In this document: in pieces, positions 12,405 to 25,242 of the stretch
How positions within the stretch are numbered: position 1 is the stretch's first letter
How the letters are laid out: the number at the start of each line of letters is the position of its first letter
Source: Squalus acanthias
Lineage: Eukaryota
Direction of reading: 5' to 3'
Length of the DNA: 64,000 nucleotides
Assembly (NCBI GenBank): GCA_030390025.1
Contig: CM059433.1
Span: 9,798,001-9,862,000 of the forward strand
Notes under the pieces: generated by a model
The model's database searches: none
What the model saw: the letters and a program-made list of their open reading frames with translations, nothing else
What the model was told of the DNA's origin: nothing
Made by a program: the position numbers and the translations under genes

Positions 12405-13127
12405 TGAACATCCATAATCTCAGCCGACCTTTCCCTCTGCTTAACTGCAATCTCTTCACAAGAAATGTCAGCCCTGACCACAGAGCTGTCTTCACAGATG
12501 ACCTCCACGACAGACCGAGCCACATTCAGAGCGTTTTGATCCCCGCGTGTCTGAATTCCTGGCTGATTGTTGGTTCTTGTCATGAGTCAAATGTAACTAC
12601 AGTTCTATCACAGCCCCCAAGTAAATGCCATTTCCTTCGTGGCAGAATGTACTGCAGCCATTCAGTCTCTCAGCGGGGCACGTTCTCAGACTCCCGATTG
12701 TCTGGGTTAATCTGTGGAGAAAGAAAATGTTTTGTGACAGCATCAGCAGGATTGCTGGCATATTTAATGGCGCAGGATGGCCAATGGCAGAACACATTAG
12801 CTCAGAATTGGTACTGCTGTACTTTTCTATTAATAGATCCCAAAATTAGGATTGTGCAAAATGTTCCACGAGGCTTGCAGCCTGTTTCGTAACCAAAATA
12901 AACTTGAACCTCACCTTTGTGCTCTTTTGTGACATAGTTCCCATTTCTTGTGTAGTTTTTGTTTGCTGACTTATAGGTGGTCAAGTACCTAATTTCCTGT
13001 TTGCATTAGTTGCTTAACTATGATTCTAGCAGAGGTGTGATAATTGCACATATTTTTTTCCCAGTTTTCTCTCTTCCTTTCTGGGATAAGGCTGAGTTTG
13101 GGGTATGATACCAGAGGTACCAGTAGA

Positions 13128-15115
13128 AGCATAGAAACATTGAAAAATAGGAGCAGGAGTAGGCCATTCGGCCTTTCGAGCCTGCTCCACAATTCAATAT
13201 GATCATAGCTGATCCTCTATCTCAATACCCATACCCCTTGATGCCTTTTGTGTCTAGAAACCTATCTATCTCCTTCTTAAATATATTCAGTGGCTTGGCC
13301 TCCACAGCCTTCTGTGGTAGAGAATTCCACAGGTTCACCACCCTCTGAGTGAAGAAATTTCTCCTCATCTCAGTCCTGAATGTCCTACCCTGTATCCTGA
13401 GACTGTGACCCCTCGTTCTAGACCCGCCAGCCAGGGGAAACATCCTCCCTGCATCCAGTCTGTCTAGCCCTGTCAGAATTTTATACATTTCAATGAGATC
13501 CCCTCTCATTCTTCTAAACTCTAGTGAATACAGGCCTAGTCGACCCAATCTCTCCTCATACGACAGTCCTGCCATCCCAGGATTCAGTCTGGTGAACCTT
13601 CGCTGCACTCCCTCTATGGCAAGTATATCCTGTCTTAGGTTAGGAGACCAAAACTGCACACAGTACTCCAGGTGTGGTCTCACCAAGGCCCTGTATAATT
13701 GTAGTAAGACATCTTTGCTCCTGTACTCAAATCCTCTTGCAATGAAGGCCTGAAGGGATAATTACTAGTCCTAGCCCCTTTTGGGCTCCCCGGATCAGGC
13801 GTATTCCCCAGATGTTCACCTTCAACTAAAGTTAGAGGTAGCCGAATCCTAACGACGCTTAATTGGGTCTAAAGGTCCAGACTATCTCTCCCTAAAGGAA
13901 AGAAACAGCCTGAAGATGTTACCGTCCTCCAGATAGCACTTTTAATAAGTTTAGCTAGACTGTAACCTTCCGGATATTATGAGGGTCCGGAAAACTCCCC
14001 CAGAATTCTGCAACTCCTCACCAAAGAGTGTACAGAGATTGGGTTTGTGAGTTTGATACAGAAGTGAGACAATTCTAAAAATATATAGATTTATTAAAGA
14101 ACCGACATGTAATTTACAGTAGGTGTTTCAATCGCAACATTAACAGTTCCAAATACAAAAAGCTTTTACAATCTTATTATCAGAGATCCTTATTCTCAAA
14201 TCTTAACTTCGTTACATTTTTATATTTCTTAGTCTTATTCCAGGATATCCACCAAAATCAAATACAAGTACCTTGATCCCCGAGATTCAAAGAGTTGAAG
14301 ACTTACAGAGCTTGTCTCTGAAGCCTGAGAATCGCTTTGCCCCTTTACAGCGAATCTATCTTCCCATTTGAAAGTCCAATTTTTATACCCTTTCTCAGTG
14401 GTATTTCCTTTGAAGTTTTCTGCTGATGTAAGTTAATTATCTCTAGTCATTTTTCTGTTGACCCCTGCTATTCTTACAGTTAGTTCAGCTGGTAGCATTC
14501 AGACTCATGTCTCTCCTTTAGGTGTTTCAAGTTCAACACAAAAACAATGTGACGGGTGGTGCCTCCCCCACTTGATGCCATTCTTACCAAGGTCTTCTGT
14601 TTGTATCTTTTGCATTTAGAACACCTCAACCGGATGCACCATTGTCTTCTTAGTTACCTCAACTGGTTGTAACACAGACTCTTGTCTCCGTGTTTCATTT
14701 GATGTCATTTTTATGAAGGCATATGTTTCTTTATCTTTCTGTGTTTCATTTCAAAGTGTTGGTTTAAGACACCTTAACTGGGTATACCATTGTGTTCTTT
14801 CCAAGGCTTCAGACTTTAGGAACCTCCAACCTCCTGTTTCAATAAGGCTATTGTTTCAGTGTCAACAACTTATCTTATCTCAAAAGCCTGTATGCTGTTC
14901 ACAGCTTTAGATTGTTGAGGCTTTTAGATTTTCAAGCCCAGTATGTCATCTTTTAATAAAGTCAAAATTCTTTCATAGGATGGTGTATTTTTCTGAATAT
15001 GGCGTATTCCTTCACAGGCCAACATACCATTTGCCTTCCTAACTGCTTGCTGCACCTGCATGTTTGCTTTCAGTGACTGGTGTACAAGGACACCCAGGTC
15101 CCTTTGTACATCAAC
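13128..15115 (-). mobile_element. CR1 LINE 3' fragment split by a solo LTR
   Basis: ORF 13222-13686 VRPHLEYCVQFWSP...FFTQRVVNLWNSLP. CR1 sequence AAGGCC|AACATACCATTTGCC resumes at 15021. Confidence 0.9.
13751..15016 (-). mobile_element. Solo LTR, 1266 bp (ERV- or Gypsy-type)
   Basis: TG...CA termini with a short inverted repeat (TGAAGGGATA / TATTCCTTCACA). 4-bp TSD GGCC at 13747-13750 and 15017-15020. On -, TATAAAA (14387-14381) precedes AATAAA (14095-14090). Confidence 0.85.
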
Positions 15116-15169
15116 AGTAGGCTTTCACGACCTCATATAAGTAGTCATTTTTTATGTAAGAGAGACAGC

Positions 15170-15490
15170 ATGTGTTGGCAGGTTATTGCAGCATGGCAGC
15201 CTCACAGCCAAGTTGAATCCTGTCTTTATAAGTAGACCACATGGACCAACTTTCTAACAGAAGCCATTGGGTAATGGGCAAGTGTGGGAGCCCTGGCTGA
15301 TTCCACCCTCCTCCCCCCACCACTCCCACTCATCAGCTGATCTGAGCTGGGGCAGCAGTTAAGGCTCATCGATAAATTTTTATCTATTGCCCTGGCTAAG
15401 ATCGGCTAACAACACAGCAGGGATTGAAGCTGGGACTTTCTAATCATGCATGGCTCAGTACCATATTGGTCAGTGCCTTTACCTGCCAGG
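15170..15490 (-). mobile_element. Old degenerate SINE-like repeat
   Basis: Shares segments (AGAAAGTCCC, AGC.GGG.CAATAG, CTGGGGCAGCAGTT) with 16590-16860. Highly diverged. Confidence 0.35.
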
Positions 15491-16169
15491 TCTTTGGAGG
15501 TGATTGGGGTGTCTTAGCCCTTTTTTTTGGAGCGACCTTGATGAATGGCCAAAGCCTGTAGTGCAGGACACCACCAAAGTTGAAAAGAATAAGTGGAAAG
15601 ACAAGGATGACTCCAAGCATGAGTTTTAACAGCCTCACTAGTGGTAAGATGTGCTCATAGATTACCGCCACATAGGTGTCTAAACTGCCTTAGCCCTCGA
15701 CAATCATCGACGACCATTAAGGCATAACCTTGTGTTCATACCTTACAGCTTCTCACAGTGCAAAGAATTTAACATGTAGAGTTTATTATTTTATCCTGGG
15801 ATCATGACAGTGCGGAAATACTGTAGACAGAGAACACATCATTGTGGAAGTGGTTTAAACTGTAGTGTTGCTGCTGATAGGTGTCTCATTCTAATCTTCA
15901 ATGTGCAACAAGATCGGGTGTTTATGCTGTTGTTGGTTATGACGAAGATAAGTGTTGTTGAGTGGATCTGAAATACAGTGGTAATTGCAAATAGAATGGG
16001 ATGCTTGGAATATGATTTGTTATTGGGACAGATCTCGTGCTGAATGTGATTATGGAAGGAGGGAGGGTTCAGGATCTATATTTCTACACTGGGACAGATC
16101 CAATTAAATTATTGGCCTTGAGGCAATTCACTCGAATAGTATGTAAAGAGTCAGTGACGGTCCAGTACA

Positions 16170-16580
16170 TAAACAACAAAAACTTACATTTCTATAGTGC
16201 TCACGATGTACAAAGAGATGTGCTTGTGCACTTTACAGGACGATGGGTAGAGAATTAATACCGAGCTGTTGGAGGGGGAGGAAGAAAGTCAGGAGGGGAC
16301 AAAAGCATGATTAAAGGAGATGTTTGAAGGCTAGGAGGGAGTTGACAATGTAGAGCTGCTGAGGGAAGGAGCTCCAGAGGCCAGGAGCAAGGTCATTGAA
16401 GGAGTGGGTGCTGATGACGGAGTGGGAAACAAGACGTAGCCTGCTGTTGGAGGACCAGAGGGTGCACACAGGGACCTAGGGTGGGAGGAGATCAGAGGTA
16501 GAGAGGGGTGAGGGATTTAAAGTCAATTATCTGTGACATGGAAAGCCTGAGGACCTTGGCAAGGACATGGGTGAAGGGAG
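16170..16580 (-). mobile_element. Old L2 3' end, degenerate
   Basis: AACAACAAAAACTTACATTTCTATAGTGC resembles the reversed L2 tail. The purine-rich body resembles 17030-17400. Confidence 0.45.
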
Positions 16581-16920
16581 GATTAAGGCATTTAATGGTA
16601 TACACTAAGCTGTATAAACCAGAAAGTCCCAATCAGCTGGGGCAATAGTTGGACTATTACAATTGGCTTCAGCACTATTGGGTTAGTCAGAGGAAACATC
16701 AGGAGTTCCACCTCCTGATCACTAGTCAGTGATTCTTGTTGCAAATTGCATGTTGCATATTGACATCCTGATCAGATTCAGTTATGATGCCCTTCTATTG
16801 AAGTAGTCTGCCAGCACAATGCTCGCTCACATGGAGAATGGTCACTTGGACAGGGTCCAGCAGAAAACTGGGAAAAAATTGAAAGTACAAAGTGTGAGAG
16901 AAAGAGAAAATTTCCTGAAA

Positions 16921-17690
16921 CAACAACAACAACTTGTATTTATATAGTGCCTTTAACATTGTAAAACGTCCCAAAGTGCTTCACAGGAGTATTATAAAAC
17001 AAAATTTGACACTGAGCCACATAAGGAAAAATTAGGGCAGGTGACCAAAAGCTTGGTCAAAGGGGTAGGTTTTAAGGAGCGTCTTAAAGGAGGAAAGAGA
17101 GGGAGCGAGGCGGAGAGGTTTAGGCAGGGAATTCCAGAGCTTAGGGCCCAGGCAACAGAAGGCACGGCCACCAATAGTTGAGCGATTATAATCAGGGATG
17201 CTCAAGAGGCCAGAATTAGAGGAGCGCAGATATCTCAGGGGGTTGTGGGGCTGGAGGAGATTACAGAGATGGGAGGGGCGAGGCCATGGAGGGGTTTTAA
17301 AACATGGATGAGAATTTTTAAATCGAGGCATTGCTTAACCGGGGGCCAAGGTAGGTCAGCGAGCGCAGGGCTGATGGGTGAACGGGATTTAGTGCAAGTT
17401 AGGACACGGGCAGCCACATTTTGGATGACCTCACGTTTATGTAGGGTAGAATGTGGGAGGCCAGCCAGGAGTGCATTGGAATAGTCAAGTCTAGAGGTAA
17501 CAAAGGCATGGATGAGGGTTTCAGCAGTGGATGAGCTGAAGCAGGGGCAGAGTCGGGCGATGTTACGGAGGTGGAAATAGGCGGTCTCAGTTATGCTGTG
17601 GATATGTGGTCGGAAGCTCATTTCAGGGTCAAATATGACACCAAGGTTGCGAACAGTGTGGTTCAACCTCAGACAGATGCTAGGGAGTCT
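16921..17690 (-). mobile_element. L2 LINE 3' portion
   Basis: VRNLGVIFDPEMSFRPHI...AYFHLRNIARL...LIHAFVTSRLDYSNALLAGLP. (GTT)n tail at 16921-16933. Confidence 0.92.
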
Positions 17691-17959
17691 GAATGTGACC
17701 GAGAATGAATGTGAATATGATAATGAATATGAGTGGAGAGACAGTACAAGTGTGAGAGGAAATGCACATGAGCTAGTTTGAGAAAAGGTGAATGTGAGCA
17801 TGTGGGATAAAGCAGACAAAATGCTATGGGAGATGACATTCAACCTTGCAAGCCGATGATATTTATGAGGTATCAAGTCAGCCATGACTATATGAAATAT
17901 AATTTTCAGTGCTAGTGGGTTTTCAACAGACTAACTAGACCATCACTTCCTCAAGAGAT

Positions 17960-18300
17960 ACTCAATAATCACTCCTCCTCTTTAACTTCCTCCCACACAG
18001 CTCAGTGACACTCTCCCCTACAATTCCCCCCTCCCAATTTACAGACTCACTCTCCCTGTAACTGCCTCTCCCATTTCACAGTGGCACTTTCCCACCAATA
18101 CCCATCTAATTTACAACTCCAACCCTTCTAGTTCACAGAGGCATTCTACCCCATCAATGCTCCAGCTCACAGAGGCACTCTTTCCCCATCAGCACCATCA
18201 GTTCATGCTGACATTTTTCTCACTTTTCACCTCAATTCATGCTGCCACTCTCCTTCCCTTCCCCCCAACTTTACACTGTCATACACCTCATCTCCCCAAA
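17960..18300. repeat. Degenerate C/T-rich minisatellite (~33-38 bp units)
   Basis: Recurrent units such as CAGTGACACTCTCCCC, CAGTGGCACTTTCCC, CAGAGGCATTCTACCC and CAGAGGCACTCTTTCCC. Confidence 0.45.
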
Positions 18301-18463
18301 TGTTACTGCCAGTCCTGATCTTCGTCTTCCTCTCCAACCCCACCAGGTCATAGTGGAATTTTTCTGCCTCTACCCCTTCAAATCATGCTTACCTTCTCCT
18401 CCACCCACCTCCTCACTCCCAATCTCTATCTGTCTATCTGTCTGTCTCTCTATCTCCCTCTTC

Positions 18464-21400
18464 CGTGTGGCTCAAAGAGTGGTGTGGGAGGCAGGGGTTT
18501 CAGTTCATGGGGCACTGGCACCAGTACTGGCGAAAGAGGGAGCTGTTCCGTTGGGACGGGCTCCACTTAAACCAGGCTGGAACCAGTGTCCTGGCGAATC
18601 GAATAACTAGGGCAGTAGACAGGGCTTTAAACTAATGAAGGGGTGGGGTGGGGGCGGTGGTGGGAGGATTCAGGAAAGAGTAAATTTAAAATCAGCGAGA
18701 GAAATGTGAAGGCTCTAGAGCAGAGTAGAGTTTTGGGTAAAAATAAGCAGAGTGGGTCAGGAAGAGACAGAGAGAGTAACAAAGGTAATAAGGCATCGGT
18801 GACTACGGCGTCATCAGGGAAAAAGAAAAAAGTCAAAGCTAAAGGAACTATATCTAAATGCGCGAAGCATTTGCAACAAAATAGATGAATTAATAGTGCA
18901 GATAGAAATTAATAGGTTTGATCTAATAGCCATTATGGAGATGTGGTTGCAAAGTGACCAAGGTTGGGAACTAAATATTCCAGGATACTTAACTTTTAGA
19001 AGAGAGAGGCAAAATGGAAAAGGAGAAGGGGTAGCCCTGATAATAAAGGATGTGATAAAGACAGTAGAGAGAAAGGATCTTGGCTCAGAAAATCAAGAAG
19101 TAGAATCAGTTTGGGTGGAGCTAAGAAACAGCAAGGGGCAGAAAACATTGGTGGGAGTTGTTTATAGGCCCCCAAACAGTAGTTGTAGTGTAGGGCAGAG
19201 TATAAATCAGGAAATTAGAGGAGCATGTACCAAGGGTAATACAGTAATCATGGGGGACTTTAATCTACATATAGACTGGGCAAACCAAATTTGCAGTAAT
19301 AGTGTGGAGGACGAGTTTATGGAATGTATGCAAGATAGTTTTCTGGATCAGTATGTTGAGGAACCAACTAGGGAACAAGTTATTTTAGAACTAGTATTGT
19401 GCAATGAGAAAGGGTTAATTAATAACCTTGTAGTAAAGGGGCCTATCGGGAAGAGTGACCATAATATGATAGAATTTTATATTGAGTTTGAAAGTGATTT
19501 AGTTAAGTCTGAAACTAGGGTCTTAAATCTAAATAACACAAACTATGTAGTTATGAGGGGCGCGTTGGCTAGGTTAGATTGGGAAACTACATTAAAAGTA
19601 TGATGGCAGCCAAGCAATGGCTAGCATTAAAAAAATTAATACATAATTTACAACAAATATACATACCTTTAAGGCACAAAAACCCCACAGGAAAAGTGGT
19701 CTAACCGTGGCTAACAAGAGAAGTTAAAGATAATATTAGATCAAAGGAAGAGGTTTATAATGTTGCCAAAAAAGTAGTAAGTCTGAGGATTGGGAGGATT
19801 TTAGAATTCAGCAAAGGAGGGCCAAGAAATTGATAAGGAAAGAGAAAAAAGAATATGAGAGTAAATTAGCAAGAGACATAAAAACAGATTGCAAACGTTT
19901 CTATAGGTATGTAAATAGGAAGAGATTAGTGAAAGTAAATATAGGGCCATTAGAGGCTGAGACAGGAGAAATTATAATGGGCAATAAGGAAATGGCAGAG
20001 ACATTAAACAAATACTTTTTATTTGTCTTCACAGTAGAAGACACAAAAAACATTCCGGAAATAATGGAGAACCAAGGGTCTAGAGAGAATGAGGAACTTA
20101 AAGAAATCAGTATAAGTAAAGACATAGTATTGGAGAAATTAATGGGACTAAGTGGCGACAAATCCCCTGGACCTGATGACTTGCATCCTAGGGTTTTAAA
20201 AGAGGTAGCTGCAGAGATAGTGGATGCACTGGTATTAATCTTCCAGAATTCCCTAGATTCCAGAACAGTCCCCAAGGATTGGAAGGTAGCAAACATAACC
20301 CCGCTATTTAAGAAAGGAGGAAGAGAAAAAATAGGGAACTATAGGCCAGTTAGCCTGACATCAGTAGTAGGCAAAATGCTAGAATCTATTATTAGGGACG
20401 TGGTAACAGGGCACTTAGAAAATCGTAATATGATTAGGCAGAGTCAACATGGTTTTATGAAAGGGAAATCGTGTTTGACAAATCTGTTAGAGTTTTTTGA
20501 AGATGTAACTAGTAGGGTGGATAAGGGGGAACCAATGGATGCAATGTATTTGGATTTACAAAAAGCATTTGATAAGGTGCCAGGCAAGAGGTTATTACAT
20601 AAAATTAGGACTCATGGGATTGGGGGTAATATACTAGTATGGATTGAGAATTGGTTAATGGACAGAAAACAGAGAGTAGGAATAAACGGGACTTTTTCGC
20701 AGGCTGTAACTAACGGGGTACCGCAAGGATCAGTGCTTGGGCCTCAGCTATTTACAATCTATATTAATGACTTAGATGAAGGGACTGAGTGTAACGTATC
20801 CAGGTTTGCCGGTGATACAGGGTTGGGTGGGAAAGTGATCTGTAAGGAGGACGCAGAGAGGCTGCAGAGAGATATGCACAGGTCAGCTGAGTGGGCAAGA
20901 ACATAGCAAATGGAATACAATGTAGGGAAGTGTGAAGTTATTCACTTTGGTAGGAAACACATAAAAGCAGAATATTTTTTGAATGGTGAGAGACTGGGAA
21001 ATGTTTGCATTCAGAGGGACCTGGGTATCCTAGTACATGAATCACAGAAAGTTAACATGCAGGTACAGCAAGCAATTAGGAAAGCAAATGGTATGTTGGC
21101 TTTTGTTACAAAGGGATTGGAGTATAAGAGTAAAGAAGTCTTACTGCAATTATACAGGGCATTGGTGTACAGCTCTTGTCTCCTTACCGAAGGAAAGACA
21201 CACTTGCCTTAGAGGGAGCGCAACAAAGGTTCACTAGACTGGTTCCTGGAATGAGGGGATTTCCCTATGAGGAGAGATTGAGTAGACTAGGCCTATATTC
21301 CCTAGAGTTTAGAAGAATGAGAGGTGATCTAATTGAAACATATAAAATTCTTAAGGGGCTTGACAGGGTTAATGCTGAGAGAATGTTTCCCCTGGCTGGG

Positions 21401-21716
21401 GAGTCTAGAACACGGGGTCATAGTCTCAGAATAAGGGGTCGGCCATTTAGGACTGAGATGAGGAGAAATTTCTTCACTCTGAGGGTGGTGAATGTTTGGA
21501 ATTCTCTACCCCAGAGGGCTGTGGATGCTCACTCGTTGAGTATATTCAAGACCTAGGTCGATATATTTTGGGGAACTAAGGGAATCAAGGGATATGGGGA
21601 TCGGGCGGGTAGGTGGGAGCGGAGGTAGAAGATCAGCCATGACCTTGTTGAATGGCGGAGCAGGCTCGAAGGGACGAATGGCCGACTCCAGCTCCTATTT
21701 CTTATGTTCTTATGTT
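18464..21716 (+). mobile_element. 5'-truncated CR1 LINE: ORF1 C-terminus + ORF2 (APE-RT) with stops and frameshifts + 3'UTR
   Basis: 18468-18635 reads WLKEWCGRQG...FRWDGLHLNQAGTSVLANRI..ALN* (ORF1 esterase DGLH motif). EN motifs GVVYRPP, MGDFN, SDH. RT motifs NYRPVSLTS, QHGF, AFDKV, GVPQGSVLGP, and FAGD (degenerate). Tail CTTATGTTCTTATGTT. Confidence 0.95.
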
Positions 21717-22892
21717 CCCCCACTCCCCATTCTGGGCATCCAACTCCTTACAGTGCTGCAAAGGATTGAATACCACTGGGAATTCCTGATTGTGTAAAAA
21801 TTGTCACCCACGGTCTTGCCCACAGTACGCAGTGGGGTTTAATCCCTTTGGTACAACCACAGGAAACAGTACCCCCCAGGAACAGTGCTGAAGGGTAAAG
21901 AGTCTGGGCGCTGGCTTTTGCCTGCATTTGCGTACAAGCTAACACTGAGCCGAAAATGCTGCCTATCCACATGAGACTTGCCCTGGACAAGTATACGTTA
22001 TAAGTTCTGAAGATATAAACCGAATAAATAAAATTCTTAAACGTCAGCGATCTGAACTTGACGGGGAAGGATAGCATTGCTTTGGGAAGGGCCATTTACT
22101 TTGCACACATACAATAGTATTATTGACAAACGGTGTACTGCAATCAAAAATATCACTGCACTACTTTAAAATACTTTTGGCTGCTGGCTCCTAATTTGTA
22201 AACCTTGGACAGATATTGTGATTAAGTACACTTGTAGTTGAATAATCTATGGTAACATTAATAAAAAATCTTTGTTTTCAGATGCCTGTGCTTCTTAAAT
22301 GCCATCTATTCATTGCTCTGTGAAAAGTTAACCATGTAATGATTAACTCACTGAAACAATCACTTCAGCTACTCACCAAACAGAGGGATTGACAGTCAGC
22401 ACAATGTGAAAAAGATTTATTGCGCAGAATTTCATTTGGGTCTCAAAGTGATTGCAAACTTCAGCTACCCTCTCTACTTACTGAACTGGAACTACCTTGA
22501 TTCAAAATAATGCCTGCCTTGGGAAAAATGCTGATGATATCTGCACTAGGTCACAAACTGCAGCACCATTGACTGAGCAGGTACACAACAGTCAGTGTAT
22601 GCTGTCCACTGTAATTAGTTTGGGATCCGATAATTAAAACTGAGCGATTAACTAACCTTGATTATCACTAATTACAACAAGATTTCTCGATTAAAGGTCT
22701 TGTATAATCTCCTGGAGCATTAAATTCACAAACTGTTTTCTGAATCAGTCAATAAGATTGTAGACTGGCACGTGAATGTACTGCTACAAAGCAGCACTCA
22801 AGATAGCTGATTCTGCAGCTGTTTATACATGTACCTGTTCTGTTATTACATTTTAATTCAAAATAGATTTGAATAAGGGATTGATTTGGCCC

Positions 22893-23473
22893 CAGGCAAA
22901 ATTCGGTTGCTTTGTGCCTCCCGTTAACGCCCATAGGGGACACTAACGGGTTGCAAAGCAACGAGTGCCCGGGCGCGGTGCCGCTAACGCGTCCCGTGAA
23001 ATTCAGTGGGAGGTTAGCGGCGGCAGTAGCCGGTAGCGCCCCGCGGCGATGACGTAATCGCCGCGCGCAGCGCCCCGCTCGTGCCCCCGGCCGCATACTT
23101 CGGTTGCGCCCCCTGACCTACCGCCGGACACTATGTCCGACAGGGTCACCAGGGGGTGGGGGGGGGGGGTATTTAAAGAGGAGGTGCCGGGCGGCCATTT
23201 TTGCTCTTGGTACCGAGCTCTTTTGCCAGCACCCCGATCCCCGGTGGCCCGCGGTGCGACGTGCCGGCGGCGTGGCGCTGCGGCACATAGCGCCGCAGTA
23301 TTGGGCTGGAGCACCCCAAGAGGGAAGGGGGAGCGCTTCCAGTAGTGCCCCACCTCCTGCTTGGGGAGCAACCATCGAATTTTGGGCGCGGGGGCGCTAA
23401 CTTTTTCGGGGCGCTAAAAGTAACGCCCCGGTGAAGTTAGCGCCCTAAAGCGGGCGCGCCCCACTTTTCACCT
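22893..23473. mobile_element. Harbinger-type MITE, family B copy 2 (ends degenerate)
   Basis: AAAATTCGGTTGCTTTGTGCCTCCCGTTAACGCCC... is colinear with 4239-4970. Confidence 0.75.
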
Positions 23474-23727
23474 GTACTGTTACTCATTTAAAGAACAGGC
23501 CAGCTTGTGCTTCACCATCCTGTTCCTTCCTTGTTTTCAGTCGTAGCTCTTAGTAGAGCAAAGGCCAAATAAATACTTATAATATTTATTTTTATTAAGT
23601 TCATTGTTACTGTCCAATAACAAATTCAAATGGAAAGGCAATACAATAAATAACAACTATCATAAATATACAAATTTTGTAAATATATATAGGATAACAG
23701 ATTGACTGGAGTATTTCAATGCATATG

Positions 23728-24615
23728 CACATAGGAACGAGAGTAGGCCATTCAGCCCCTCAAGCCTGTTCCTGAATTCAATTAGATCATGTCTGATCTG
23801 GAACTCAACTCCATTTACCTGCTTTTATTCCATATCCCTGACGCCCTTACTGTACAAAAATCTATCAATCTCAGTCTGAAAATTTTCAATTGTCACAGTA
23901 TCCACCGTCTATTGGGGGGAGATGATTTCAGATTTCCACTACCTTTTGTGTGAAAAAGTAATTCCTGATTTCACTCCTAAATGGCCGACCTCTAGTTTTA
24001 AGATTATGCCCCCTTGTTCTGGATTCCACCAGCAGAGGAAATAGTTTCTCCGTATCTACCCAACCGAATCCCTTTCCCACTTGCAACCTCGCCTCATAAT
24101 TTGACCCTTTAAGCCCTTGTATCATTCCGGTCAATCTACTCTGCACACCTTCAAAAGCCAATGGCCTAGAAATTCGTCTCGGCCGGTGACGCAAAGCGGG
24201 CGATATCGGATACGCGGCGTCTGATATTCAGCTCCATGGACTGCAATAGACTGAATGTCAGGCGCGGCATATAACGGCCGGCCGATCCGATACCGCCCGC
24301 TTTGCGTTACTGGCCGAGACGAATTTCTCGGCCAGTATTCCTTTACTGAGGCTCGGTACCCAAAACTGAACGCAGTACTTCAGATGGGGTCTGACCAAAG
24401 CTCTGTACAACTGAAGCACCGCTTCCTCACTTTTGAATCGCAGCCCCCTAGAGATAAAGACCAACATTCCACTAGCCTTTTCCATTACCTTTTGTACCTG
24501 CCCACGAGCATTTAGTAATTTGCGTGCATGGACGCTTAAATCCCATTATTCCTCCACAGCTTCTAGTCTCTCGTCATTAATATTCCGATTTGTCTTTCTC
24601 AGAGTCAAAGTGGAT
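23728..24615 (-). mobile_element. CR1 LINE 3' fragment split by a hairpin MITE
   Basis: LQLYRALVRPHLKYCVQFW and TRGHNLKTRGRPFRSEIRNYFFTQKVV. Confidence 0.85.
24163..24333. mobile_element. 171-bp hairpin Harbinger-type MITE
   Basis: ~49-bp TIR: GGCCTAGAAATTCGTCTCGGCCGGTGACGCAAAGCGGGCGATATCGGAT vs revcomp GGCCGAGAAATTCGTCTCGGCCAGTAACGCAAAGCGGGCGGTATCGGAT. Flanks AAT/AGT. Confidence 0.85.
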
Positions 24616-25242
24616 CATGCAGCAACATAACTGGAGATGGCTAACATTGTACACCCTTGTGATTTATCAGTGTCAGCAAGTTACAAGGTATGTTACCTGG
24701 AACACACTCCATTGTTGTGGGGCTGGTTTTACTCTGAGCAAGCTCTTGGTTTTGCTGGCGGAAGGTGTCTACAGCTAGATGTGTAAGACATGCATGCAAG
24801 AGGACAGAGAGTTTCTTCCTCGGAACTTGCTTTCCTTCATTTGGGAAGCACCTTGTCATTCCCATGGATCTCACAAAATCTGGAATGTACATTTTGGAGA
24901 ATGGTGGGGGTGGGTGGGGGGGGGTGGGAGGGGTGCGCGAGGAGAGAGGGGAACAGCACTGGGTCATGGGACCAGAAAATATAAGGATAATCACTGAGTA
25001 AGTAACTATCACAATACTATACAACTCTGATACTGAAGACTGTATGATTATGTTTTCAATGTGGTATAATAGTTGACAACATTTAATCGTTCATTAACCA
25101 TATAGAGCTAACAACAGCAACTTCAACAACATAGATGCAGTATTGCCGTTGTTATTGGAATATGCTTCCAATTTCCATGTCGGCTCATTTTAGTACCTAT
25201 TATTTTGCAGGATCCCATATCTGGGATATTTTTAAAATCTCA

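Noticed and set aside
12404..12892. 162-aa ORF in unique sequence (also 21748-22095, 56536-56880, 61062-61454)
   Set aside because: No recognisable domain or convincing splice context, and the lengths are compatible with chance.
19830..20906. Active CR1 ORF2
   Set aside because: Multiple stops and frameshifts, catalytic FADD reads FAGD, and the element is 5' truncated.
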